Positions 1-10,070 are shown, counted from the stretch's first letter. The stretch: 44,059 bases of DNA from Myxococcota bacterium (GCA_036012755.1 DASCPX010000174.1:1-44059); one strand, 5' to 3'. Notes: generated by a model from the sequence alone, not told the origin. Numbers and translations are program-made.

Positions 1-80
1 AGCGCGCCGTTGAAGGTCAGATCCGCCGTCGCCCGGTCGCGGGTCTCGCCGACCATGATGATGTCCGGGCTCTGGCGAAG
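1..80 (-). repeat. 80-bp exact inverted copy of 444-523 at the window start (probable chimera/assembly artefact)
   Basis: The reverse complement of 1-80 (cttcgccagagcccggacatc...ttcaacggcgcgct) is identical to 444-523. The genuine ATPase frame resumes at about 81. Confidence 0.9.
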
Positions 81-1016
81 ATCGACAAGGAGACCTACGC
101 CCTCCGCCTGGCCACGGTCAACACCCGCTGGGGCGAGAAGGCCGTGCTCCGGATCCTCGACAGCTCGCGCCTGTCCGCGTCGATGTCGTCCCTCATCCTG
201 CACGACCGCGCGCTGGAGATGCTGCGCCGCATGATCTTCCAGCCTGGCGGCTTGGTCCTCGTCACCGGTCCGACGGGATCCGGAAAGACGACGACCCTCT
301 ACGCCGCCCTGATGGAGCGCCACTCCCCGGACGTCAGCATCTGCACGGTCGAGGACCCCGTGGAGTACGACCTCGACGGCGTCACCCAGGTGCAGGTGAA
401 CGAGTCCATCGGGCTCAACTTCCCGGCAGTCATGAGGGCCTTCCTTCGCCAGAGCCCGGACATCATCATGGTCGGCGAGACCCGCGACCGGGCGACGGCG
501 GATCTGACCTTCAACGGCGCGCTCACGGGCCACCAGGTGCTGTCGTCATTCCACACGACCGACGCCATCTCCGTCATTCCCCGCCTCCGTGACATGGGCA
601 TCGAGCGCTTCGTGCTGAGCTCCGCCCTGGAGGGCATCGTCAACCAGCGCCTGGTCCGCCGCATCTGCGATCGCTGCCGGCAGTCAGAGGCCTACTCCCC
701 GGTCGTGCTGACCCAGCTGCGCGAAGGCAACGTCAAGACCCCAAAGGGGGGCAAGATGTTCATCGGGCGCGGCTGCGAGGCCTGCAACGGCTCCGGCTTC
801 GCGGGTCGTGTCGGCGTCTACGAGGTGATGACGGTCGGCGGCCAGGTCCGCGACTGCGTCAACTCCGAACTCTCCCCGGACGATCTCTTCCGCGCGGCTC
901 AATACGACGGCATGGTGACGATGGCCGACTACGCGAGCTTCCTGCTGTCCGAGGGCCTCACCGTCCCGACCGAGGTGCTCCGCGTGCTGCCGATCCAGTT
1001 CGGCGAGAGGATCTGA
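81..1016 (+). CDS. GspE/PilB-family type II secretion / type IV pilus assembly ATPase, 5'-partial
   Basis: Walker A GPTGSGKTT, Asp box TVEDPVEY, Walker B RQSPDIIMVGETRD, His box TGHQVLSSFHT and the zinc motif CDRC...CEAC. The frame continues upstream of the 144 GTG (IDKETYALRLATVNTRWGEKAVLRILD) up to the chimeric junction. Confidence 0.9.
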   Translation: MDKETYALRLATVNTRWGEKAVLRILDSSRLSASMSSLILHDRALEMLRRMIFQPGGLVLVTGPTGSGKTTTLYAALMERHSPDVSICTVEDPVEYDLDGVTQVQVNESIGLNFPAVMRAFLRQSPDIIMVGETRDRATADLTFNGALTGHQVLSSFHTTDAISVIPRLRDMGIERFVLSSALEGIVNQRLVRRICDRCRQSEAYSPVVLTQLREGNVKTPKGGKMFIGRGCEACNGSGFAGRVGVYEVMTVGGQVRDCVNSELSPDDLFRAAQYDGMVTMADYASFLLSEGLTVPTEVLRVLPIQFGERI

Positions 1017-1027
1017 GCCGAGGGGTA

Positions 1028-1447
1028 CTAGCCGCCCCCGTGGCGGGCCTTGATCTTCTGTAGCACCTGCTCCGGCGTGAAGGCCTGGGGCAAGAGCTCG
1101 GCGAGGGGGATCTCGATGACCTCGCCAGCGGGGTTCGCGAGGATCATGACCATGTCGGGGCCGAAGTCGTAGAGCACCTGGCGGCAGGCCCCGCAAGGAC
1201 TCGCCGGCGGGCTGATGTCCGTCATGACCGCGCAGGCGGTGAGCCGCCGGTGGCCCTCGCTGACGGCCTTGAAGACCGCGACGCGCTCGGCGCAGCAGGT
1301 GTGGGAGTAGCTCGAGACCTCGACGTTGCAGCCGGTGTGGATGCTGCCGTCCTCTGCGCGCACAGCCGCGCCGACCGTGAACCCGCTGTAGGGCGCGTGG
1401 GCCTGACCGCGGGCCTTCTCGGCCGCTTCCAGCAGCGCCGAGGTCAT
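1028..1447 (-). CDS. cdd: Cytidine deaminase (homotetrameric type)
   Basis: APYSGFTVGAA, GCNVE, CAERVA and PCGACRQ zinc motifs. The start overlaps the stop of the upstream PNP gene. Confidence 0.93.
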   Translation of the reverse strand: MTSALLEAAEKARGQAHAPYSGFTVGAAVRAEDGSIHTGCNVEVSSYSHTCCAERVAVFKAVSEGHRRLTACAVMTDISPPASPCGACRQVLYDFGPDMVMILANPAGEVIEIPLAELLPQAFTPEQVLQKIKARHGGG

Positions 1448-2253
1448 GCCCAGCGCTCCACGAGGGCTCGGACCAGGCGTCCCAGATCCCCACCTGCGGC
1501 GTCCGCGGCCACGGTGACCTCGTGGTGATCCAGAGGGCCCTCGGAGAGCCCGGCGGCGAGGTTCGAGACCATGTTGAAGGCGACGACGGGCACGCCCATC
1601 TGCGCCAACGCGATGACCTCCGGCACGGTCGACATGCCCACGGTGTGTGCGCCGAGCATCCCCAGCATGCGGACCTCTGCGGGGGTCTCGTAGGAGGGGC
1701 CCAGCATGGCCCCGAGGACGCCACGGTGGAGCTTCATGCCGAGGGCCTCCGCCAGCGCGAGGGCCGAAGCGCGCAGCTCGGGATCGTAGGCCCGCGACAG
1801 GTCAGGGAAGCGAGGTCCCAGCGCATCGCCCGAGCCCACCAGGGGGTTGTGTCCCATCAGGTTGATGTGGTCCTCGACGAGGAGGATGTCGCCAGGTTGA
1901 AGCGACGGGTCGACGGCCCCCGCGGCGCTCGTGAGGACGACTCGCTGAACCCCCCACGTGGCCAGGGCGCGCACGGCCAGGACGACCTCCTCCATCGGGC
2001 GGCCCTCGTAGACATGGACGCGTCCGCTCAGGAAGGCCACCGGCACGCCGCCGAGACGTCCGGTGACGAGGCGACCGACGTGGCCTTCTACGCTCGTCTC
2101 GGGGAGGCCGACTTCGGCGTAGGGCACCGAGCGGCGGTTTCGGGCCTTCGCGACGAGCCCACCCAGCCCACTCCCGAGGACGATGGCCGTCGCCGGGGCC
2201 TCGCCCAGGCTGCTCTGGATGGCGTCCGCCACCTGGCGAAGCGTCGCGCTCAA
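1444..2253 (-). CDS. punA: Purine nucleoside phosphorylase (trimeric, inosine/guanosine type)
   Basis: GSGLG, GRVHVYEG, DHINLMG, GPSYETPAE, VGMSTVPE and SNLAAG motifs; TTG start. Confidence 0.9.
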   Translation of the reverse strand: MSATLRQVADAIQSSLGEAPATAIVLGSGLGGLVAKARNRRSVPYAEVGLPETSVEGHVGRLVTGRLGGVPVAFLSGRVHVYEGRPMEEVVLAVRALATWGVQRVVLTSAAGAVDPSLQPGDILLVEDHINLMGHNPLVGSGDALGPRFPDLSRAYDPELRASALALAEALGMKLHRGVLGAMLGPSYETPAEVRMLGMLGAHTVGMSTVPEVIALAQMGVPVVAFNMVSNLAAGLSEGPLDHHEVTVAADAAGGDLGRLVRALVERWA

Positions 2254-2296
2254 ACGGGTCCCGGCCTCGAAGTCGGCGCTGAGTGTAACCCCTTCC

Positions 2297-5125
2297 TCAC
2301 CGGCGCCGGGCCAGCAGCACCCCGACGAGCATCAGCAGCAACGACGAGCCAGCCCCGCCTGGACTGCAGCCACAGCGGGCTTCCGGGTCCACCACGACCT
2401 CTCGCGGAGGAGCCTCCGAGTCCTCCGGGACGGCGGTGTCCTCTGGGGGCGCCGTGTCCTCGGGCTCGGGGACGCCACCCCAGTCGCCGTTGTCGCCCTC
2501 GATGACGGCCTCGTGCAGGATCTCGTCGGTCTGCCAGACGAAGACGGCGTAGCCGGCCACCTCCCCCTGCTCCAGGGAGGCGTCGGTCACGAGCCGCGCC
2601 CCGCCTGGCTCCGGACCGAGGTCGACATCGATGATCACACCGTCCGCGAGCGTCCCCGGGATGCCGTCCTCGTTCCGGACCAGCGCGGTCGCGGACAAGG
2701 GCTCCATGTAGGGGTTCGTCCACTCGATCGTGACCTCGGGATCCTCGTCCGAGGCGACGAGGTCTCGTACTCGGTAGTGTCCCGGCACATCGGCGAGGGT
2801 GAGGACACAGACCTCGTCGAGGGTCCAGCCACCGAACTCGAGACCATGGTCGCTCTTCAGGCTCCAGCCGAAGGACAACAGGTCAGTCGATCGGTCGCGC
2901 AGGTCGAGGTCGAAGGTGCGCCAGTCGGCGTCGAGCACGTGACCCGTGCCGTCGCGCGAGGGATTCACCCACAGGGTCTCGAACTCGTCGAAGGAGGTGA
3001 AGGCCGCGACCGAGGCGCGGTCGTAGATGCCGTCCTCGACGCTCAGGTGCCGCTCCATCGTCAACAGCGCCAAGAAGTCGTTGGCCTCGGAGAGATCGAC
3101 GAAGGGCGCGCGGGCGACCTCTGCGTTGTCAGCGCGGTACTGGCCGTCGTCTTCGAGGTTCGTGCCGAGCACGGCAGCCCCCTCGGAAGCGCTGGAGGGC
3201 TGGAAGTGCTGGCCCCCGGGCTCGCCGGTTGCCCAGGTCGTCTCCCAGCCGTCGTCGGTCTGTCCATCGAAGGTGGTCGCGGCGAAGACCCAGTCCCCCG
3301 CTCCGTCCTCGAAGCCCTCGCACCACAGCGCCTCACGGTCGCCGACCCAGAAGTCGTAGACGTCCTCGATCCGCCCGGCGTGGCTGCTCCCGCTGCTGTC
3401 TGCGCCATCCCATCGGATGAAGTACCGGACGTGGCTCCCGGGGAACTGCCGGGGGATGACGTCGCCCTCTGCGCGGAGGTAGGCCTCGAAGGCCTCTGGG
3501 TCCTCTGCGTCGACGAGGTAGTAGACGCCTACGTCGTCAGGGCCGGGATCCCCGCAGTCCCCGGTCAGGTTCCACAGCTCGTAGCTGACCGGGTAGGTCT
3601 CCGTGAGCGAACTCTGCGGTCCGAGGGGCTCGTGATCGAGCACCAGAGCTCCCATCGGTCCCGGCCCCAGCCCGTGCTGGGCGAGCAGGGTCTGGAGCTC
3701 ACAGGCGTGCGGCGTGCCGTCGGAGAGGTCGCCGTTGTCGTCGTCGGCGACCAGCACCGCTTCGTAGACATCCGTGAGCGTGGGTCCGTAGGACAGGGCC
3801 TGGAGGAAGAGCTCGTCGGTCATCCTCGCGCCGTCGGTGTACTGCCCCGCCCACTGCTCGCGCAGGTTCCAGAGGAACGAGGCCCAGATGAGGCCGTCGT
3901 TGTGTGACTCGCCGGTGGTGTCGTCCGGGTAGACGCGGTCCGTGTCGATCTCGCGGATGTACCCGCCCGACGCGAAGGCACTCGGCGCCAGCACCGGGTC
4001 GTCCAGCACCGTGCCGGCGACGTAGTCGGCGGAGCCCTCGGAGATGTCCCCGGCGAAGACGCCACCCTCGAGCACGTAGTGGTGGACGCCGTGGCCGTAC
4101 TCGTGGAAGACGACGTCGGCGATGCGGCCGAGGTTGCTCACCTCGTCGCTGCCCACCAGGAAGCTGATGCTCCCGCCCGAGTAGTAGGCGTTGCAGCAGG
4201 CCCAGTCGAGGTTGACCGTCGCCGGCACGTTCTCCGAGAGCCAGGGGTGAGAAGGGCGGCGGTCCTCGAGCCAGTCGCGCACGACGTGGAAGTGGTGGAG
4301 CACGGTCGTGGCTGCGGGAGAGAGATCCTCCGCCCAGTCGAGCACCTCGTCCCCGACCGCCTCGACGAAGACCGGCTCCGGGCTGTTGTCGTAGACAGAG
4401 AGGAAGGGGCCGTCGAGCTCGACGTCGAAGGGGGCGCTCAGCCCGTGGGAGCCATCGTCCGCCGTGTGCTCGCTGCTGCTGTCGTCAGAAACGCGCACAC
4501 CCCTGGCCGGCCCGAGGATCAGCGGGTCGCCGACGGTGCGCTCTTCGGTCTCGACCTCGAGGTGGAAGACCAGGGAGTAGGAGTGGACGAGGCGGCCATC
4601 CGCCGTGAAGGTGACGAGGCCATCGCGCTCCTCGCGCCGGACCCAGGACCAGGTCCCCTCGTGCCACAAGGCGACCTCTCCGGGCTCCGGATCTTCGCCG
4701 AGCCGAGGTCGGTGCAGGTTGGACAGCAGGTAGTGGATGCGCCCGTTCTGGGCGAAGACGTCCAGGTGACCCTGCTCGACCGGAGCACCCCGGAAGCTCT
4801 GGACGAAGCGCCAGGACTCCCGGTCATCGCTCGTCATGTGGCGCTGCAGGGTGAGCGTGTCCGGATCGACGCCCGCCATCGCCGCCACGTCCTCGACGAG
4901 AGGCCGGAGCTCGCTCCGAGTGACGCCTTGGCCGATCAGCGCGCGGGGGGTGCCGTCGCGCGGATCGAAGCGGATGTGCCAGCGGCCCCAGCGCTTGCGA
5001 AAGGGCAGCGCGTGGGCGTTGTAGGCCGCCTGGGTGGCCGGGTCGTAGCCCAGGTGTGGAGCGTCCTCGCCGAGCTGGAGGTCGTCGTCGACAGGCAGGA
5101 AGCCGGAGAGCAGCAGAACGAGCAT
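2297..5125 (-). CDS. Secreted M4/M36-like zinc metallopeptidase with propeptide and C-terminal MYXO-CTERM sorting signal
   Basis: NAYY, HEYGH and downstream SEGSADY zinc ligands; acidic C-terminal beta domain; tail RCGCSPGGAGSSLLLMLVGVLLARRR. The true start is taken at MLVLLLSG (5125) because the longer ORF extension is low-complexity shadow sequence. Confidence 0.78.
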   Translation of the reverse strand: MLVLLLSGFLPVDDDLQLGEDAPHLGYDPATQAAYNAHALPFRKRWGRWHIRFDPRDGTPRALIGQGVTRSELRPLVEDVAAMAGVDPDTLTLQRHMTSDDRESWRFVQSFRGAPVEQGHLDVFAQNGRIHYLLSNLHRPRLGEDPEPGEVALWHEGTWSWVRREERDGLVTFTADGRLVHSYSLVFHLEVETEERTVGDPLILGPARGVRVSDDSSSEHTADDGSHGLSAPFDVELDGPFLSVYDNSPEPVFVEAVGDEVLDWAEDLSPAATTVLHHFHVVRDWLEDRRPSHPWLSENVPATVNLDWACCNAYYSGGSISFLVGSDEVSNLGRIADVVFHEYGHGVHHYVLEGGVFAGDISEGSADYVAGTVLDDPVLAPSAFASGGYIREIDTDRVYPDDTTGESHNDGLIWASFLWNLREQWAGQYTDGARMTDELFLQALSYGPTLTDVYEAVLVADDDNGDLSDGTPHACELQTLLAQHGLGPGPMGALVLDHEPLGPQSSLTETYPVSYELWNLTGDCGDPGPDDVGVYYLVDAEDPEAFEAYLRAEGDVIPRQFPGSHVRYFIRWDGADSSGSSHAGRIEDVYDFWVGDREALWCEGFEDGAGDWVFAATTFDGQTDDGWETTWATGEPGGQHFQPSSASEGAAVLGTNLEDDGQYRADNAEVARAPFVDLSEANDFLALLTMERHLSVEDGIYDRASVAAFTSFDEFETLWVNPSRDGTGHVLDADWRTFDLDLRDRSTDLLSFGWSLKSDHGLEFGGWTLDEVCVLTLADVPGHYRVRDLVASDEDPEVTIEWTNPYMEPLSATALVRNEDGIPGTLADGVIIDVDLGPEPGGARLVTDASLEQGEVAGYAVFVWQTDEILHEAVIEGDNGDWGGVPEPEDTAPPEDTAVPEDSEAPPREVVVDPEARCGCSPGGAGSSLLLMLVGVLLARRR

Positions 5126-5133
5126 GGCGGACC

Positions 5134-6705
5134 TTAGCCGCCCCCGTAGGTCTCCAGCCACCGCTCCGGGGCGAGCCAGCCCTCCGGCGGATCCCCGGGC
5201 TCCTGGACGGGGACGGCGAGGGGCTCCTCTCCGCCGTGGCCCGCTGGGATCCGGTAGACATCGACCTCGCCGACGAGATCCCGCTGGGGGGAACCGAGCT
5301 GACCTCCCAGCAGCTGATCGAGCAGCACGAGCCCACCAAGCTCCGCGCCGTCGCGATGGAGGAGGACCTCTCGCACGCCGAGGGTCATCAGGATCGTCCT
5401 GGGGTAGCGGTCGGGCACGGCGTAGCGCGGCTCTTGGGCGGTAGCGTTCAAGGCGAGCACGACCAGCGGATCGGCGAGGAGTTCGCTGGCTTCGAGCGGC
5501 CCCATGCCGGTGAACAGAGGCCGCGCGTGGGCGGTCTGGAACCAGAGCAGGCGGAGGTTGTGCGAGTCGGTCGCCACCGGGAGATGGAGGACCGGGGCGT
5601 CCCCATCCGCGAGCTGCTCCACCGAGCGCGGGATGCTGGCATCGCTGGTGGGCAGCGATCGCGACAGCGCGAAGCCCAGGACGAGGGCGGCGACGCCGAA
5701 GCCAGGCCTCCGCAGTGGTCCCAGGAGGAGGCCAGCCGCGACCATGGCGGGCACCATCGCCGCCTTCCAGGTCAAGGTCGGCAGGCTCGGCAGCATGGCC
5801 TCGATCAGGGCCGCCGGCAGCGGCACGGGCCGCTCGTGGAGGCGGAACCCCGTCCGCCCCCACCAGAGCTCTGGACCGAGGGCCAGGACGATCCCGAGGA
5901 GCGCGGCCACGGCCAGGGCGACGTCGAGCCGTCTCTTCGCGAGGAGCCACGCGGCACCGGCCAGAGCGAGCCAGAGCGCGATACCCGGAGCGGCTGCGTC
6001 GGGGCGCCAGGAGTAGAAGGGCTCCAGCAGGTCGCCTGCGTTGGCGAAGGCCTCCAGGGACTGCTCCTCGACCGGGAGCCTCCGCAGCTCGCGGTAGGGC
6101 AAGGCAGCCAGGCCGGCGCAGAGACCTCCAGCAGCGAGGGTCGCCCCGGCCCGCTTGTAGGAGACGGTGACAGCGACAGTCGCGGCGAGCAGCGCCGTGA
6201 CCAGGCCGAAGAGCGGGCTGTGCGCTGCGGCCCCGAGGAGACCGACCATGGTCCACAGCGGTCGCTTCTGGAAGAGCGCCAGGGCGACCCAGGGCACGAC
6301 CAGCCACTCGTAGCGTCCTTCGTGGACCCCCTGGAGCAGGGCCGGGTTGGCCCCCGCGACCAGCGCCGCGGCCAGCGCCCCAGGCAGCGGTGCATCGCGG
6401 CTCCTGGCGCAGAGGTAGACGGCAGCCAGTCCAGCAGCCAGCCAGGCCCAGACCGCCAGGGTGGTGGCGACGGCCAGCGGGAGCAGGAGGTCCAACAGCG
6501 CGATGGTCACGAGGACCGGCCAGCCGGCGAGGACCACCTCTCCGGCGACCTCCGCCTCGTGGAACAGCGACCAGGCGCCCCAGGCTTGCCCGTATGCACG
6601 GGCCTCTCCCGGGAGGACCTCGCCGAGCCCGTAGAGGGCAGGATGCAGGAGCAGCGCGGCGAGCCCCAACGCGGCGGCGACGGCGACGGGGAACTCGCGC
6701 TTCAC
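5134..6705 (-). CDS. Polytopic membrane protein, GT-C/YfhO-like (putative glycosyltransferase)
   Basis: About 10 hydrophobic segments followed by a soluble domain with PVLHLP...WFQTAHARPLFTG. The GTG start at 6705 is inferred so that it does not overlap coaB. Confidence 0.5.
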   Translation of the reverse strand: MKREFPVAVAAALGLAALLLHPALYGLGEVLPGEARAYGQAWGAWSLFHEAEVAGEVVLAGWPVLVTIALLDLLLPLAVATTLAVWAWLAAGLAAVYLCARSRDAPLPGALAAALVAGANPALLQGVHEGRYEWLVVPWVALALFQKRPLWTMVGLLGAAAHSPLFGLVTALLAATVAVTVSYKRAGATLAAGGLCAGLAALPYRELRRLPVEEQSLEAFANAGDLLEPFYSWRPDAAAPGIALWLALAGAAWLLAKRRLDVALAVAALLGIVLALGPELWWGRTGFRLHERPVPLPAALIEAMLPSLPTLTWKAAMVPAMVAAGLLLGPLRRPGFGVAALVLGFALSRSLPTSDASIPRSVEQLADGDAPVLHLPVATDSHNLRLLWFQTAHARPLFTGMGPLEASELLADPLVVLALNATAQEPRYAVPDRYPRTILMTLGVREVLLHRDGAELGGLVLLDQLLGGQLGSPQRDLVGEVDVYRIPAGHGGEEPLAVPVQEPGDPPEGWLAPERWLETYGGG

Positions 6706-6759
6706 GAGGCTGTCCCTAACCCAGCGAGGCGTTAGGCTCTCGGGCCTCCTGGAGCAGCG

Positions 6760-7380
6760 ATGCGGCCAGTCCTCGTCACCGCCGGCGCGACCCGCAACCC
6801 CATCGACGCAATGCGCTTCCTCTCGGCCAACTCGTCGGGGCGAACCAGCGTCGCCGTTGCGCGCAGCCTGGTGGAGCTCGGGCACGCCGTCCACCTGCTT
6901 GGTTCGCCCGAGGCGACGCTACGAGGAGCCGGACTCCCCAGCCAGGAGTTCACCACCACGCGTGACCTCATGCGCCGCATGGAGGAGTGGATCCGGGGCC
7001 ATTCGCGCTGCGCGGTGGTACACGCCGCGGCCGTAGGCGACTACGAGGCGGTGGCCGAGGACGCCGGCAAGATCCCATCCAACCTCGAGACGTTGGTCAT
7101 CCGCTTGAAACCAGCCCCGAAGATCGCCGACCAGATCGAGGGCTGGGCTGCGGACTGCTTCCTCGTGACCTTCAAGGCCGCTCCGCCGGGCACGGGGGCC
7201 GAGACGCTCGTCGAGACCTGCCGGGCGCAGCTGTCGAGGACACGCTCGGATCTCGTAGTGGGCAACGTGCTCGGCGAGCTGTCGACGACCACGACCCTGG
7301 TCGACGCCAGCGGAAGCGAGGCCTTCGACGATCGAGCCGCCGCCCTCAGAGCGATTTCAGCGCGCGTCGCGTCGGCCTGA
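6760..7380 (+). CDS. coaB: Phosphopantothenate-cysteine ligase (stand-alone CoaB / DFP C-terminal domain)
   Basis: VLVTAGATRNPIDAMRFLSANSSG, VHAAAVGDY, KIPS, LVTFKA and DLVVGN motifs; no CoaC flavoprotein domain. Confidence 0.8.
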   Translation: MRPVLVTAGATRNPIDAMRFLSANSSGRTSVAVARSLVELGHAVHLLGSPEATLRGAGLPSQEFTTTRDLMRRMEEWIRGHSRCAVVHAAAVGDYEAVAEDAGKIPSNLETLVIRLKPAPKIADQIEGWAADCFLVTFKAAPPGTGAETLVETCRAQLSRTRSDLVVGNVLGELSTTTTLVDASGSEAFDDRAAALRAISARVASA

Positions 7381-7424
7381 ACCCCCGCTCTGCGGGCCCA
7401 TACTGTTTCGGACAAGGAGACTCG

Positions 7425-9389
7425 ATGAACCTCTTCACGCTCGCACTGCTCGCACTCACCGGCTGCAAGGGATGCGGCGAAGCCCCAGACGACAGCGACC
7501 CCGACTGGGTCGACGATGACGCCGACGGCTACGCCTCCGACGAGGACTGCAACGACGACGACCCCGACATCAACCCTGCCGCTGACGAGATCTGCGACGG
7601 CGTCGACAACGACTGCGACGAGGGCATCGACGACGACGCGGTGGACGCCGTCACCTACTGGACCGACGCGGACGAGGACGGCTACGGCGATCCGGCGACC
7701 GAGGCCAGCGCTTGCGAGGCGCCCGCTGACAGCGTCGCAGTCGGCGATGACTGCGACGACGACAACGCGGACAACAACCCCGACGGTGTCGAGGTCTGCG
7801 ACGGCGCGGACAACGACTGCGACGGCGAGGTCGACAACGAAGCGCTCGATCCGCTGACCTTCTACGAGGACGCGGACGCCGACACCTACGGCAACCCCGA
7901 CTCCACCGTCGAGGCCTGCTACGCCCCCGACGGCTACGTCGAGGACAGCACGGACTGCGACGACAGCGAGGACAACGCCAACCCGGGCCTCGATGAGCAG
8001 TGCGACGACGGCATCGACAACGACTGCGACGGTACGGACAACGGCTGCTCGGACAGCGGCACCATCAGCCTCGCCAACAGCGACGTCATCTACCTTGGAG
8101 AGGACGGCACGCAGCTCGGAACGCCCGCACGCGGGCTGGGTGACATGGACGGGGACGGCTCGATCGACCTCGCCGCCAGCGCCCGCGCCTACGACGGCGG
8201 AGTCGGCGCCGTCTACTTCCTCGCCGGCCCGATCAGCTCCGGGACCTACAACATCGAAGACGCCATGAGTGGCGTCATCGTGGGCGAGGCCGACGACGAC
8301 GCGCTCTTCGGCATCTGGCCCCTCGGGGACATGTACGGCGACGGTGACGGAGACCTGGTGGTCTCGGCGAAGAGCCACGACACCGCCGGAAGCAACGCCG
8401 GTCGCGTCTACGTCTTCGACTCCATGCCGACTGGCGAGCTCAGCGCCGCCGACGCAACCGCCATCCTCGACGGCGAGGCCGCCGGCGACCAGGCGGGAGT
8501 GATCAGCTACGCGGGCGATGTCACCGGTGACGGCATCAACGACCTCCTCGCCAGCGCGACGAACAACGACAGCGGCGGCAGCAACGCTGGCGCGGTCTAC
8601 GTCGTCGAGGGGCCCGCGACCAGCGGGAGCCTCGCCGACTCGCACACGGTGCTCTACGGCGCGGCGGCGGACGACAAGCTCGGCAGCGGGCTCGCCGCTG
8701 CCGGCGACCTCGACGGCGACGGCGTCGGGGACTGGCTGGTCGGCGTGCCCTACGAGTCCTCGATCGGCACCGACAGCGGCGGCGTGCTCGTCTTCCACGG
8801 GGGCTCGATCTCCGGCACCATCAGCCCGAGCGACGCCGACTGGAGCCTCACCGGCGAAGGCACGGCGGACGAGGCCGGCTGGGGCCTGGCTCAGGCTGGC
8901 GATCACGACGGCGACGGCCTCGACGACTTCCTCGCCTCCGCCAGGCGGCACGACTCCGGCGGCAACAACAGCGCCGGGGCGGTCTACCTGGTCACGGGGA
9001 CCGCAGGCGGAGATCTCGGTGGCGCGTCAGCGGCCAAGCTGGAGGGCGGGGCAGAGGACGACAAGCTCTCCAACAACGATGGCCTCGGCGATCTCAACGG
9101 CGACGGTGACAACGACATCGTGGTCGGCAGCAACAACAGCGACGAAGCCGCCGACGGCGCAGGCGCCGCCTATGTCTTCTTCGGTCCGGTCACCGGCACC
9201 TGGGGCGTCGCCTCAGCCGACGTGATCTACACCGGGCAAGGCGACGGCGACGGCGCAGCGTCCCCGGTCGGCTTCGTCGGCGACACCAACGACGACGGCC
9301 TCGATGACCTCTTCATCGGAGCGCGCACCGCGGACATTGGCGGCACCGACAACGGCGCCGCCTACCTCGTCTTCGGCTCGGGGCTCTGA
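7425..9389 (+). CDS. Surface lipoprotein with three Cys/Asp-rich MopE-like metal-binding repeats and an FG-GAP/integrin-alpha beta-propeller
   Basis: RBS aaggaga; lipobox LALTGC; three DC.D.....NP...E.CDG.DNDCD-type repeats; repeated GD.DGDG..D...GAVY units. Confidence 0.85.
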   Translation: MNLFTLALLALTGCKGCGEAPDDSDPDWVDDDADGYASDEDCNDDDPDINPAADEICDGVDNDCDEGIDDDAVDAVTYWTDADEDGYGDPATEASACEAPADSVAVGDDCDDDNADNNPDGVEVCDGADNDCDGEVDNEALDPLTFYEDADADTYGNPDSTVEACYAPDGYVEDSTDCDDSEDNANPGLDEQCDDGIDNDCDGTDNGCSDSGTISLANSDVIYLGEDGTQLGTPARGLGDMDGDGSIDLAASARAYDGGVGAVYFLAGPISSGTYNIEDAMSGVIVGEADDDALFGIWPLGDMYGDGDGDLVVSAKSHDTAGSNAGRVYVFDSMPTGELSAADATAILDGEAAGDQAGVISYAGDVTGDGINDLLASATNNDSGGSNAGAVYVVEGPATSGSLADSHTVLYGAAADDKLGSGLAAAGDLDGDGVGDWLVGVPYESSIGTDSGGVLVFHGGSISGTISPSDADWSLTGEGTADEAGWGLAQAGDHDGDGLDDFLASARRHDSGGNNSAGAVYLVTGTAGGDLGGASAAKLEGGAEDDKLSNNDGLGDLNGDGDNDIVVGSNNSDEAADGAGAAYVFFGPVTGTWGVASADVIYTGQGDGDGAASPVGFVGDTNDDGLDDLFIGARTADIGGTDNGAAYLVFGSGL

Positions 9390-9392
9390 GCC

Positions 9393-10007
9393 CTAGGACG
9401 CCTTGATGAAGCCCTTGTCCACCAGGTAGTTGATGACCTGCCCGGCGCAAGCGTCGAGGTCGTACTCTGCAGTCAGCAGGGTGATCTCGGCGTTCTCGGG
9501 AGCCTCGTAGGGGGCGGAGATCCCGGTGAAGTTCGGGATGATGCCCGCGCGGGCCTTCTGATACAGGCCCTTCGGGTCGCGCTCTTCGCAGACCGCGAGC
9601 GGAGCGTCGACGTAGACCTCGATGAAGTGGCCATCCGGCATCAGCTCGCGGGCGGCGTCGCGGCCGGCCCGGTAGGGGCTGATGAAGGCGGTGGTGGTGA
9701 CGCAGGTGGCGTCGGCGAAGAGCTTGGCGACCTGGCCGATGCGACGGATGTTCTCCGTCCGGTCCGCCGGGCTGAAGCCGAGATCGCTGTTCAGGCCGAA
9801 GCGCACGTTGTCGCCGTCGAGGCTGTAGGAGAAGACGCCCCGCTCCAGCAGGAGCTCCTCGACCCGACGGGAGACCGTGCTCTTGCCGGATCCGGAGAGT
9901 CCCGTGAACCAGAGGATGCAGCCCTTCTGGTCGGTGAGCGCCTGGCGTTGGTCCTGGTCGACGTTGGCGCCGTGCCAGAAGATGTTCTTGCTCTTGGGGT
10001 CGGCCAT
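9393..10007 (-). CDS. cysC: Adenylyl-sulfate (APS) kinase
   Basis: [35 protein letters not shown] and [11 protein letters not shown] motifs; RBS caggag upstream of the ATG at 10007. Confidence 0.95.
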   Translation of the reverse strand: MADPKSKNIFWHGANVDQDQRQALTDQKGCILWFTGLSGSGKSTVSRRVEELLLERGVFSYSLDGDNVRFGLNSDLGFSPADRTENIRRIGQVAKLFADATCVTTTAFISPYRAGRDAARELMPDGHFIEVYVDAPLAVCEERDPKGLYQKARAGIIPNFTGISAPYEAPENAEITLLTAEYDLDACAGQVINYLVDKGFIKAS

Positions 10008-10070
10008 CGGGGGCTCCTGTTGAAGTTGGGGGCCGCCCCATAACCGCCCGAGCACCAGTCGACCGCAGCT

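Noticed and set aside
10..234. 74-aa ORF at the window start
   Set aside because: Its N-terminus is the antisense translation of 444-523, created by the inverted duplication.
5126..6307. N-terminal extension making the peptidase 1336 aa
   Set aside because: It is an Arg/Pro/Gly-rich off-frame reading of the neighbouring membrane-protein gene. The same applies to the extensions at 13513, 17194, 18241, 19567, 26074 and 33000.
7041..8951. Long antisense ORFs (for example 7041-8951, 2183-3907, 12866-14374, 31387-32925, 33352-34881)
   Set aside because: These are shadow ORFs expected in high-GC coding DNA. They show no motifs and lie opposite well-supported genes.
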